From NCBI GenBank assembly GCA_944341075.1, contig CALVLV010000004.1, positions 3,829-67,828 on the forward strand: a stretch of 64,000 nucleotides of DNA, written 5' to 3'. This stretch comes from an uncultured Clostridia bacterium (GTDB lineage: Bacteria > Bacillota > Clostridia > Christensenellales > Borkfalkiaceae). Below, one piece after another: positions 1 to 8,271 of the stretch. A model generated the notes under the pieces. It had not been told where the DNA came from. It saw only the letters and a program-made list of their open reading frames with translations, and ran no database searches. The first letter of the stretch is position 1, and every line of letters starts with the position of its first letter. The position numbers and the translations under genes were made by a program.

Positions 1-6
1 CAGGAG

Positions 7-3000
7 ATGGGTTACCTTGCCCTTCAGTGCGAAAATGTGTTCAACCGCCTTTCGGGCATGATAAGCGCTCTTGAAGAAAAAGTCGAAGCTAATGCCGTCG
101 ACTACGAAAAGCTCGCCGATATGCTGCGCGAGCAGTTCGCTTCCGCGGAAGAGCCCGAAGAAGAGATCACGTTCGACGACGAGGTGGCTCCCGCAGCCGT
201 CACCGAAGAGGCCGACGACGAGCAGCTGACCATAGAAGACGGTTACATAGACTACGACCTCATAGCCGAAAAGCTTGCCGACAAGCTCGAAGAGCGCGGC
301 ACGCTCCGCACGGCAGAGATCGACTGCGACGAGCTGGCAAAGAAGGTTGCCGACAGCCTTCCTCCCCAGGAAGTCATTTCGCCCGACTATATTGCATCCA
401 AGGTCGCCGAGCAGATCGTCGTTCCCCAGGTTGTGGTGGGCGAAAGCGGCGAAGCTCAGCCCATAGAAGTGCACGCCACCGCCGAAGTAGACTACGAGGC
501 GCTCGCCGATAAGATAGCCGAAAGGCTTGTTCCCCTTGAAGACGAGGAAGATTACGAAGAATATGAAGACGCCGAGGCAGAGGACGAAGAGACTGCCGAA
601 GGCGAAGAGATAACCGAAGCCGCCGCAGAGAGCACCGTGGCCGATACCGATGCGCTCGCCGACGAAATAGCACGCAAGGTCAGCGCGCTTTCGCCCAACG
701 ACTTCGACATAATTGTAGACGACGAGGGCTGCCGTTCGCTTGCCGAAGCAGTTATAGACAGCCTCGACTACGACCTTATAATTCAGAAGATAGCCGAAAA
801 GAGCGCCGAAAAGGCAGCGGAAGAGACGGCTGCAGAAGAAGTTGCCGTTGCCGACGCCGCCGCCGAAGAGACAGAGGGTGCAGACAGCGAGGAGCTTGCT
901 CAGCTCATCTCCGAAAAGCTTGCCGTCAACGAAGACGCCATTGCCGATAAGACGGCCGCCGCCGTTTCCAACTACCTGCCCGACATTGACGCCGAAGATA
1001 TCGCAGACAAGGTGGCAGCGGCAGTGCTCGCCTCAATACCCGCTACGGAGATCGACTACGACGCCATAATCAACGGCGTAGTTGAAAAGCTCCGCGGCGA
1101 AGAGGCCGGGGAAGAGAGCGCCGAAGAGGTTGCTCCCGCCGCCGCAGAGGAGACTGCAGAAGAACCTGTTGAAGACGATTACGACATAGTTATCGACGAA
1201 GAGGGGCTTCAGAAGATAACCGAAAGCGTTTCGTGGAAGGTCACCGCCTCTACCAACGCAATGTTCGAAAGCGTGAACGACAAGCTTGCAGCCCTCAAGG
1301 GCGAGCTTGAAGAGCTCAAGGAACAGCTCAAAGAGGAGCAGCCCGCCGAAGAGGCCGCCGAAGTAATAGACGAAAGCGCCGAGGCCGTTGAAGAAGAGAC
1401 TGCCGCGGAAGAGGCCGCAGAGACCAACGAAGAGATAGCCGAACTCGGCCGCAAGATAGACGAGCTTGCCGCCAAGTTCGAAGAGCTGCTCACCCCCGAC
1501 GAAGAGGAGCTTGCCGAAGGCGAGGACGAGGCTGAAGCAGCCGAAGAGCAGAAGCCGCTTGCCACGGCGGAGGAAGTGGACGCCCTTGCCCGCAAGATAG
1601 ACGAACTCACCGCCAAACTCGAAGAACTTCTCACTCCCGATGAAGAGCTTGAAGAGGCATCTTCCGAGGAAGAGACCGAAGAGGAAGACCAGGCTGCGGT
1701 AACTGCAGAAGAGGTTGCCGAGATCAACCGCAAGATAGACGAACTCACCGCCAAGATAGAGGAACTTCTCACGCCCGACGAGGAGCTTGAAGAGGTTGAA
1801 GAGAGCGCCGAAGAGGCTGCTCCCTCCGCCGAAGACGAACTCAGGGCAGAGCTTGAAAACATCAAGACAACGCTCGAAGAGATAAAGCACGATCCCGCAA
1901 TACAGGATCTCAAGGGCGAAGTCGCCGAGCTCACCTCAAGGATAGACGAACTGTTCGCTCCCGAAGAAGAGGAAGGCGAAGAGGGCGAAACCGTATACGA
2001 AGAGCCCGATCCCGTCCAGGCCGAATTCGACGACATCAAGCAGAAGCTTGAGGATATGAAGAACGACCCTGCAATACAGGATCTCAAGGGCGAAGTTGCC
2101 GAACTCACCTCAAGGATAGACGAGCTTATGGCCCGCTCGGCAAGCGCCGAAGAACAGCCCGAGGCCGCCGCAGAAGAAGATAAGTCGGCGGAAGACATCG
2201 CCGAGATCAGGCAGGATATAGCCGAAATCAACAGGCAGCTCGACCAGATAAAGGCAATGATAGTTGCCGGCGCCGTAGTCACCACGGTGGCAGCGGCAAG
2301 CGACGGCGATTCAAATGAAGAGCCCGAACCCGTTGAAGAAACTGCCGCCGAGGAGGCCCCTGCAGAGGAAGAACCCGCAGAGGAACCTTCGGAAGAGGCT
2401 GAAGAAGTTGCCGAAGAGCCCGTTGAAGAGCAGCTTGCCGAGGAACAGCCCGAAGAAGCAGCCGAAGAGGCTGTTGAAGAGGCTGCGGAAGAACCCGTAG
2501 CAGAAGTTGAAGAGATTGCCGAAGAGCCCGTTGAAGAGCCCGCTGAAGAAGTTGAAGAGGCTGCGGAGGAGGCCCCCGCGGAAGAACCCGCTGAGGAGCC
2601 CGCAGAGGAACCTTCGGAAGAGGCTGAAGAGGCCGAAGAGGAAGGCGAGCTTGTTACCGTAAGCGACATAGTGGACGAAAGCGAGGTGGACGACGAACCT
2701 GTAGACGAGGTTATGGAGAACATCTTCGACGACGTAGACGAAGAGACGGCGGAAGGCGAGGCCCAGCCCGACGGAATACCCGGCATAAGCAACGGCGGCG
2801 TAGACTTCGCCAACATGATGAAGTATAACCGCAGCTTTATTGCAAGGATAATCCAGAGCAGCGACGACGTAAAGCGCTACTATGGCCAGATAAAGAACGC
2901 CATGCTTGCATACAGAAAGGTCAACTCGTCCATAGCATGGGGTGCCGAGCGCTTCAACAAGGGCAGGGAGACCATTGCAAAGCTGAAGATACGCGGCAAG

Positions 3001-3288
3001 ACGCTGTGCCTGTACCTCAACCTCGACCCTAACGAATTCAAGACTTCCGTTTACCACCAGGTGGACGTATCCGACAACAAGTCGATGCACGGCACGCCCA
3101 TGATGGTCAAGATCAAGAGCCCTCTCGGCGTTAAAAAGGCCATCCGCCTTATAGACGAAATGTTAAGGCGCCGCAACGGCGAAAAGCGCCCCATACAGGA
3201 AAGGGACTACGCCGCCATGTATCCTTACGAAACGATAGAAGAGCTTATCGAAGACGGACTTGTTAAGGACGTGAGGAAGATAAAGTAA
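7..3288 (+). CDS. Hyper-acidic (Glu/Ala/Asp-rich) repeat protein with a basic non-repetitive C-terminal domain; function unknown
   Basis: Uninterrupted 1093-codon ORF. The 5' end may lie upstream of the window, since there is no in-frame stop before nt 7. The translation shows about 10 copies of an amphipathic D-Y-D/E-x-L/I-A-x-K-I/V-A motif (nt ~90-1120). It also shows three ~47-aa repeats RKIDEL(T/A)AK(L/I/F)EELLTPDEE (nt 1431-1790) and two repeats DPAIQDLKGEVAELTSRIDEL (1890-2135). These are followed by EEPAEEPSEEAEE low complexity (2340-2640) and a Lys/Arg-rich ~160-aa tail (2800-3288). I do not recognise the tail family. Confidence 0.75.
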   Translation: MGYLALQCENVFNRLSGMISALEEKVEANAVDYEKLADMLREQFASAEEPEEEITFDDEVAPAAVTEEADDEQLTIEDGYIDYDLIAEKLADKLEERGTLRTAEIDCDELAKKVADSLPPQEVISPDYIASKVAEQIVVPQVVVGESGEAQPIEVHATAEVDYEALADKIAERLVPLEDEEDYEEYEDAEAEDEETAEGEEITEAAAESTVADTDALADEIARKVSALSPNDFDIIVDDEGCRSLAEAVIDSLDYDLIIQKIAEKSAEKAAEETAAEEVAVADAAAEETEGADSEELAQLISEKLAVNEDAIADKTAAAVSNYLPDIDAEDIADKVAAAVLASIPATEIDYDAIINGVVEKLRGEEAGEESAEEVAPAAAEETAEEPVEDDYDIVIDEEGLQKITESVSWKVTASTNAMFESVNDKLAALKGELEELKEQLKEEQPAEEAAEVIDESAEAVEEETAAEEAAETNEEIAELGRKIDELAAKFEELLTPDEEELAEGEDEAEAAEEQKPLATAEEVDALARKIDELTAKLEELLTPDEELEEASSEEETEEEDQAAVTAEEVAEINRKIDELTAKIEELLTPDEELEEVEESAEEAAPSAEDELRAELENIKTTLEEIKHDPAIQDLKGEVAELTSRIDELFAPEEEEGEEGETVYEEPDPVQAEFDDIKQKLEDMKNDPAIQDLKGEVAELTSRIDELMARSASAEEQPEAAAEEDKSAEDIAEIRQDIAEINRQLDQIKAMIVAGAVVTTVAAASDGDSNEEPEPVEETAAEEAPAEEEPAEEPSEEAEEVAEEPVEEQLAEEQPEEAAEEAVEEAAEEPVAEVEEIAEEPVEEPAEEVEEAAEEAPAEEPAEEPAEEPSEEAEEAEEEGELVTVSDIVDESEVDDEPVDEVMENIFDDVDEETAEGEAQPDGIPGISNGGVDFANMMKYNRSFIARIIQSSDDVKRYYGQIKNAMLAYRKVNSSIAWGAERFNKGRETIAKLKIRGKTLCLYLNLDPNEFKTSVYHQVDVSDNKSMHGTPMMVKIKSPLGVKKAIRLIDEMLRRRNGEKRPIQERDYAAMYPYETIEELIEDGLVKDVRKIK

Positions 3289-3334
3289 CTTCAGCCGCGG
3301 CATAACGCACGGCGTTAAAACAACATTTACTTAA

Positions 3335-3365
3335 GGGGGTTGATAAGGTGTTTTTATCAACCCCC
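3335..3365 (+). terminator. Stem-loop after the acidic-protein gene
   Basis: GGGGGTTGATAA (3335-3346) pairs perfectly with TTATCAACCCCC (3354-3365), a 12-bp stem with a 7-nt loop, 47 nt after the stop. There is no U-tract after it, so intrinsic termination is uncertain. Confidence 0.5.
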
Positions 3366-3430
3366 GAATTATACTGTAAGGGATCAAAACGGGGATATCA
3401 TGGTTCAACTACGTTAAGCCCTTTGCAGTA
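3361..3430 (+). promoter_or_regulatory. Structured rnj leader containing a solo L-type hairpin
   Basis: CCCCG (3362-3366) and CGGGG (3390-3394) enclose AATTATACTGTAAGGGATCAAAA, the same stem/TATA-loop layout as the L repeat module. A longer stem can form between TACTGTAAGGG (3372-3382) and CCCTTTGCAGTA (3419-3430). The 13-mer TATACTGTAAGGG and GGGATATCAyGG recur at 28043-28092. Confidence 0.4.
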
Positions 3431-3539
3431 TCGGCTGCGGGAACGCGTGCGCAGCATGCGGCTGCCTGCGGTAAGCATATTTTTAGCGCCGGTGCGGGCA
3501 CAATACGCCGGCCCGCCCGCGGCGCATGGGAGAAGTAAT

Positions 3540-5717
3540 TTGGACAAAGAAAACAAACCTAAAACAACTAAAAGACTGAGGATCGGCCGCGTGGGCAAGC
3601 CTTCGCAGGGCACGCCCATGGGCGGCAGCATGGGGCTTTCAAACTTTTTATACCTTGGCAACTCGGCCTCGGCAAACCGCTCCGCCGAAGAGGGGAACGA
3701 TCGGGATCCTGCAGAAAAAAAGGCGGCAAAGCCCCGCAAAACGGCGGGCAAGGGCGACGGCACAGTATTTTCTGCCGCCCCGCTGGATGAAAAGTATCAC
3801 GTAGACCCCGCCGAACAGGAGGAGCGCAAAAAGAAGGCCGCTGCAGATTCAAAAAAGAAGACTGCCGCCCAGATAATGGATGAAATAAAAAAGTCCGCCG
3901 CAGAGAGCGTACAGGGCAAGGAGCGCGCCAAAAAGTCGGGCGGGCAGTCCGCGGAAAATAAGGGCAAAAAGGCGCGCTCTTCAAAGGGTACGCCCGGTGA
4001 AAGGGGCGCCGAAGATGCCCGCACGCCCGTTCAGGCAGAAAAGCCCGCAAAAAAATCGCGCTCCAAAAAGGAAAAGCAGGTAAAGATAATATTCCTCGGC
4101 GGCGTGGGCGAGATAGGCAAGAACATGACCGCCATAGAGTACGGCGACGACATAATTATAATAGACGCCGGCATAATCTTCCCCTCGGAGGAGTTGCCCG
4201 GCATAGACCTTGTTGCGCCCGACATCTCTTACCTTGTGGCAAATAAGCAAAAGGTGCGCGGCCTGCTTTTAACGCACGGGCACGAAGACCATATAGGCGG
4301 CGTTCCCTACTTTCTGCGCGAAATCAAGGCGCCCGTAATAGGCACCCGCCTGACGCTGGCGCTCGTAGACAACAAGCTGCGCGAACACCGCATAAACGAC
4401 GCGGAGGAGATACTCGTAAAACCGGGCGACAAAATAAAGCTCGGCTGTTTCAGCGTACAGTTTGTAAACGTAAACCACTCCATAGCGGGCGCGCTGGCGC
4501 TTGCCATAGATACGCCGCAGGGCCTTATATTCCACAGCGGCGACTTTAAAATAGACCTCACCCCTGTTGCGGGCGAGCCCATAGATTTAAAGACGATAGC
4601 CGACATCGGCGAGCGGGGCGTGCTCTGTTACCTTGGCGAAAGCACCAACATAGAGCGCCCCGGCTACACCATGAGCGAAAAGACTGTGGGTATTACCTTA
4701 GACAGGCTTTTCAACGAAAACCGCACCCGCAGGCTTATAATAGCCACGTTCGCCTCCAACGTGCACAGGCTGCAGCAGATAGTCGACCTTGCGGTAAAAT
4801 ACGGCCGCAAGGTGGCGCTTTCGGGCAGGAGCATGCTCAACGTTGTAGACGCCGCCGAAAAGCTTGGCGACCTTAAGATACCCGAAGGCACCCTTGTCGA
4901 CGTAGCCAAGACCAAAAAACTTGCCGATAAGGAGCTTGTAATAGTTTCAACGGGCAGCCAGGGCGAGCCGATGAGCGCGCTCACCCGCATGGCCAACGGC
5001 GAAAACCCCTCTGTCACCGTCGGCGAAAACGACACCATAATCATATCCGCCTCGCCCATACCTGGCAACGAGCGCGATATATACCGCGTAATAGACAACC
5101 TCTACCGCAAGGGCGCATATGTGGTATACAAGAGCCTGGAAAACATTCACGTTTCCGGCCACGCCTGCCGCGAAGAGCACAAAATAATGCACAGGCTTTT
5201 AAAGCCTAAATTCTTTATACCGGTGCACGGCGAATACCGCCACTTAAAGGAGCACGCCGAACTCGCGCATGAACTCGGCATGAACGAAAGCAACATCTTC
5301 CTGCCCGATATAGGCAACTGCGTGATGCTCACGTCAAGCACCATGCGCCGCGGCGACAACGTGCCCGCAGGTTCGCGCCTTATAGACGGAGAGGGCATCG
5401 AGGACGAAAAGGCCAGCACGGTAATGCAGGACAGGCGCCAGCTGGCGGCCGACGGGTTGTTTATAGTGTCTGTAGTCGTCTCTGGCGGCGAAGTTATAGG
5501 CGAGCCCGCCGTAAACAGCCGCGGCTTTATATTCGGTTTCCACAAGGACTATATCGCCGAGGTTCGCGAGGTCATCAAAAACGCCATCGAAGGTTACGAC
5601 CTCTCCGTCGGCAGCGTAGACGAGCTCAAGCGCGCCATCAAGCGCACGCTCAAAAATTATCTGCTTAAAAAGACAAAGCAGTCGCCTATGATAGTGCCCG
5701 TGGTGGTGGAGCTATAA
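3540..5717 (+). CDS. rnj: Ribonuclease J with a Lys/Ala/Glu-rich N-terminal extension
   Basis: The last ~545 aa are a clear metallo-beta-lactamase/beta-CASP RNase J (KIIFLGGVGEIGKNMT, LLLTHGHEDHIGG). The ORF is open from 3348, but 3348-3539 overlaps the upstream stem-loop and leader structure. TTG 3540 has GGGAGA 6 nt upstream. Alternative starts are ATG 3618 and ATG 3876. The stop is firm. Confidence 0.9.
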   Translation: MDKENKPKTTKRLRIGRVGKPSQGTPMGGSMGLSNFLYLGNSASANRSAEEGNDRDPAEKKAAKPRKTAGKGDGTVFSAAPLDEKYHVDPAEQEERKKKAAADSKKKTAAQIMDEIKKSAAESVQGKERAKKSGGQSAENKGKKARSSKGTPGERGAEDARTPVQAEKPAKKSRSKKEKQVKIIFLGGVGEIGKNMTAIEYGDDIIIIDAGIIFPSEELPGIDLVAPDISYLVANKQKVRGLLLTHGHEDHIGGVPYFLREIKAPVIGTRLTLALVDNKLREHRINDAEEILVKPGDKIKLGCFSVQFVNVNHSIAGALALAIDTPQGLIFHSGDFKIDLTPVAGEPIDLKTIADIGERGVLCYLGESTNIERPGYTMSEKTVGITLDRLFNENRTRRLIIATFASNVHRLQQIVDLAVKYGRKVALSGRSMLNVVDAAEKLGDLKIPEGTLVDVAKTKKLADKELVIVSTGSQGEPMSALTRMANGENPSVTVGENDTIIISASPIPGNERDIYRVIDNLYRKGAYVVYKSLENIHVSGHACREEHKIMHRLLKPKFFIPVHGEYRHLKEHAELAHELGMNESNIFLPDIGNCVMLTSSTMRRGDNVPAGSRLIDGEGIEDEKASTVMQDRRQLAADGLFIVSVVVSGGEVIGEPAVNSRGFIFGFHKDYIAEVREVIKNAIEGYDLSVGSVDELKRAIKRTLKNYLLKKTKQSPMIVPVVVEL

Positions 5718-5721
5718 GTGT

Positions 5722-5763
5722 TCACGAAATTTTAGTTTTGGCCGAAAACTAAAATTTCCGTGA
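5722..5763. repeat. H hairpin copy 1 (42-nt palindrome)
   Basis: TCACGAAATTTTAGTTTTGGCCGAAAACTAAAATTTCCGTGA. Begins 4 nt after the rnj stop. Confidence 0.9.
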
Positions 5764-6086
5764 GCTTGAGAAACCAGGGTCTCGTGCGGCGTGCGGTAAA
5801 TTACCGCCGCACTCGGTCACCGCTCGCACTTTGCACTTTGTGCTCGCTCATTTCACAACACGCAAACAGCGCGTATGTGCTGTTTGCAGAAATGTGTTGT
5901 TCAACTCTTCGCGCGACTTTTAAGGGCCCACGAATATATAGTCGCGCGAATTCCCTTCCGGTGCGCGAGGGCTTTTGCCCGCTGCCCTGCCGAGGGTTCC
6001 CTTCGGGAAACGGCAGAACTCGCTTGCGCGACAAATTGGGTCGCGCTGGCGCAGGGGAACCCTGCTTGCGCCGTAATTTATTTAAT
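5764..6086 (-). repeat. Composite interspersed repeat, type I long form (H-proximal end on the left)
   Basis: Order on the + strand: M2 GAGAAACCAGGGTCTC (5768-5783), then core hairpins (5784-5905). The core hairpins are GTGCGGCG..CGCCGCAC and GCAAACAGC-GCGTATGT-GCTGTTTGC. Next come the L hairpin (5908-5952), GC-rich stems (5953-6072) and the AT-rich terminus GTAATTTATTTAAT (6073-6086). Positions 5768-6040 match the reverse complement of 40961-41233 with only 6 mismatches by my hand alignment. Confidence 0.9.
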
Positions 6087-6107
6087 ATAATTTCACACTT
6101 TCCGCAC

Positions 6108-6176
6108 GCGCCCTTGCCTCCCTTGCCAAAGGAAGGTGGCTTAACTGAACAAAGTGAAGTTAAGTCGGTGGGATTT
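6108..6176 (+). repeat. X module copy 1
   Basis: GCCTCCCTTGCCAAAGGAAGGTG, then the hairpin GCTTAAC..GTTAAGT, then CGGTGGGATTT. Same architecture as 24097-24173, and in reverse at 40827-40909, 54484-54552 and 59108-59188. Confidence 0.7.
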
Positions 6177-6220
6177 TTTGTGTTGCTATGTTTTTCAAAC
6201 TATTGTTCATATAATAATAT

Positions 6221-6868
6221 ATGGAAAATTTTTCTTACGCGCACCGCGATACTTCGGGCATGGCAAGGTGGAACACGCCGCGCATACCCGAAAGCCTTCA
6301 GGCCGTGCGCCAAAGCGCTTTCGGGCGCGAGATACCCATATCGGGCGATGAAACGCTGTCGTTTTTAATGGCTCAGGCGGCGGCGATAAAGCCTGATAGC
6401 ATACTCGAACTTGGCACGGCGGTGGGCGTAACTTCTGCCGCAATGCTGCTTGCATGCCCTGCGGCGCAGCTTACCACCGTAGAGCGCGACCATGCATTTT
6501 TTGAAGAGGCAAAAAATACCTACCATATGTGCGGCCTGCAGAGCAGGGTGCGCGCAATAGAGGGCGACGCGGGCGAAGTTATATATGCGCTCAGCGGCCC
6601 CTTCGATATGATATTTTTAGACTGCGCCAAGGTGCAGTACGTAAAGTACCTGCCCCGCTTAAAGCAGCTGTTAAGTGCTGGCGGCGTGCTGATCGCAGAC
6701 GACGTGCTGCTGTACGGCTGGGCGAGCGGCGAGGCCGAAGTGCCCAAAAAGCGCCGCATGCTGGCAAAGCACATAGAGGAGTACCTTGTTGCAGTCACGT
6801 CCGATCCCGAACTTTTCACCTCGGTGATAAAGGTGGGCGACGGCATTGCCCTTTCGGTAAAGCGCTGA
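6221..6868 (+). CDS. Class I SAM-dependent O-methyltransferase, YrrM/TrmR-like
   Basis: 215 aa with ILELGTAVGVTS (SAM motif I), DMIFLDCAK and GGVLIADDVLLYGW. The size and motifs fit family-3 O-methyltransferases. A U32 peptidase gene follows, as in B. subtilis yrrM-yrrNO. Confidence 0.8.
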   Translation: MENFSYAHRDTSGMARWNTPRIPESLQAVRQSAFGREIPISGDETLSFLMAQAAAIKPDSILELGTAVGVTSAAMLLACPAAQLTTVERDHAFFEEAKNTYHMCGLQSRVRAIEGDAGEVIYALSGPFDMIFLDCAKVQYVKYLPRLKQLLSAGGVLIADDVLLYGWASGEAEVPKKRRMLAKHIEEYLVAVTSDPELFTSVIKVGDGIALSVKR

Positions 6869-6940
6869 GCGCATATTATTTTGTATGTGGCGCATGCGCC
6901 TGCCTTTCGCGGCTTTGCCTATACAACTGTATTTTTGAAC

Positions 6941-8143
6941 ATGAAGAACGTTGAACTACTTGCCCCCGCGGGCAACTTTTCAAAACTTAAAACTGCCGTA
7001 TATTTCGGCGCGGACGCCGTATACTTAGGAGGAAAAGACTTTTCCCTTCGCTCGTTTGCCGACAACTTTTCGCGCGAGGAGCTTGTGCAGGCGGTAGAGT
7101 ACGCGCATGCGCTGGGCAAAAAGGTGTATGTCACCGTGAACATATACGCCCGCAACGCCGACCTTGCAAATATGGAGGACTATTTTGCCTTTCTGCAGTC
7201 GGCGGGGGCAGACGCGGCGCTCATCTCCGACCCCGGCGTGCTGTATGCCGCAAAAAAGGCGGCGCCCGAACTTGCCGTGCATATCTCCACCCAGGCCAAC
7301 GTAACCAACAAGTACGCCGTAAAATTCTGGCATGAACAGGGCGCAGAGCGCGCCGTGCTCGCCCGCGAACTTTCGCTTGCAGAGATTGCAGAAATACACG
7401 ACTTTGTGCCCGAAATGCAGCTTGAGGCCTTTGTTCACGGCGCAATGTGCATATCTTATTCGGGCAGGTGCCTGCTTTCCGACTATCTTGCGGGCAGGCC
7501 CTCCAACCGCGGCGAGTGTGCGCAGGCGTGCCGCTGGAACTATGCCGTGAGAAAGAGCGACGATAAGAGCGACAGCGGCTGGCTGCCGCTGGAAGAGGAC
7601 GAAAGGGGCGCATATATATTCAATTCAAAGGATCTGAATATGTCTGCCCACCTTGAAGATATGGCCGCCGCGGGCGTGTGCTCCTTCAAGATAGAGGGGC
7701 GCATGAAGAGCGAATATTACCTTGCCACCGTTATAAACGCCTACCGCAGGTGCATAGACGGCGGCTTTACGTCCGAGGTCGAGCGCGAGCTTTTGACCGC
7801 CGCCCACCGCGACTATACCACGGCCTACGCCCTCGGCGAAAATCATGCCACGGTAAACTATTCCAACAGCCAGACCAAGGGCGACTGCGACTACATAGGC
7901 AACGTTCTCGGCTATAAAGGCGGCTTTGCAAAGATAGAGATGCGCGGCCGCTTCTATGCGGGCGATACGCTGGAAGTGCTCTCCCCTACAGATAACTTTG
8001 GCAAGAGCTTTAAGGTGGAGGAGGTGTACGACTCGGAGGGAGTGCCCGTTTCCGACTGCAAGCGCGTGCAGGAGATATACTCAGTGCGCTGTCCCTATGC
8101 GCTTTCGGCAGGCGATATCGTCCGCCGAAGAAAACAGGCGTAA
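6941..8143 (+). CDS. Peptidase U32 family protein (TrhP/YrrO-like)
   Basis: MKNVELLAPAGNFSKLKTAVYFGADAVYLGG is the canonical U32 N-terminus, and the Cys-containing segment GECAQACRW is present. The ORF is open from 6881, but U32 proteins start at the M-x-x-ELLAPAG position, so ATG 6941 is preferred. Confidence 0.85.
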   Translation: MKNVELLAPAGNFSKLKTAVYFGADAVYLGGKDFSLRSFADNFSREELVQAVEYAHALGKKVYVTVNIYARNADLANMEDYFAFLQSAGADAALISDPGVLYAAKKAAPELAVHISTQANVTNKYAVKFWHEQGAERAVLARELSLAEIAEIHDFVPEMQLEAFVHGAMCISYSGRCLLSDYLAGRPSNRGECAQACRWNYAVRKSDDKSDSGWLPLEEDERGAYIFNSKDLNMSAHLEDMAAAGVCSFKIEGRMKSEYYLATVINAYRRCIDGGFTSEVERELLTAAHRDYTTAYALGENHATVNYSNSQTKGDCDYIGNVLGYKGGFAKIEMRGRFYAGDTLEVLSPTDNFGKSFKVEEVYDSEGVPVSDCKRVQEIYSVRCPYALSAGDIVRRRKQA

Positions 8144-8271
8144 GCTTTGGCAATTTTTTAATCGGGTGTGCGCGCACACATGTGCACGCATGCGCATTTA
8201 TGCAAAAGGGCGGCACATATGCCGCAAATAACGTTGGTTTATGCCGCGTTCAGACCAATAAAAGGTGTGTT

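Noticed and set aside
1209-2816. 535-aa Ser-rich ORF on the minus strand, plus other antisense ORFs at 1033-1890 and 2311-3090
   Set aside because: These are the reverse-complement shadow of GAA/GAG/GCC-rich codons of the acidic-protein gene. They are low-complexity poly-Ser with no RBS. The sense ORF is longer and has a structured C-terminal domain.
3348-3539. Upstream ATG/TTG starts for rnj, and analogous long 5' extensions of aroA (8182), ClC (16894), pyrG (31236), dapL (33090), asnS (46175), dnaA (42828), radA (60976), rbr (58151) and ftsY (55031)
   Set aside because: The extensions overlap terminators, promoters or repeat hairpins, and they precede the positions where the conserved protein families begin. 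Internal starts have better SD sequences.
5760-6368. 202-aa ORF (also 40933-41241, 26306-26773, 54480-54929, 56666-57046, 21381-21824 and 23893-24141)
   Set aside because: These ORFs run through the interspersed repeat modules. Their shared peptides, such as SLISQHANSAYVLFAEMCC and FVSL..NFS.GPRPK, simply reflect repeat nucleotide identity in either orientation. They lack RBSs and cross hairpins and promoters.
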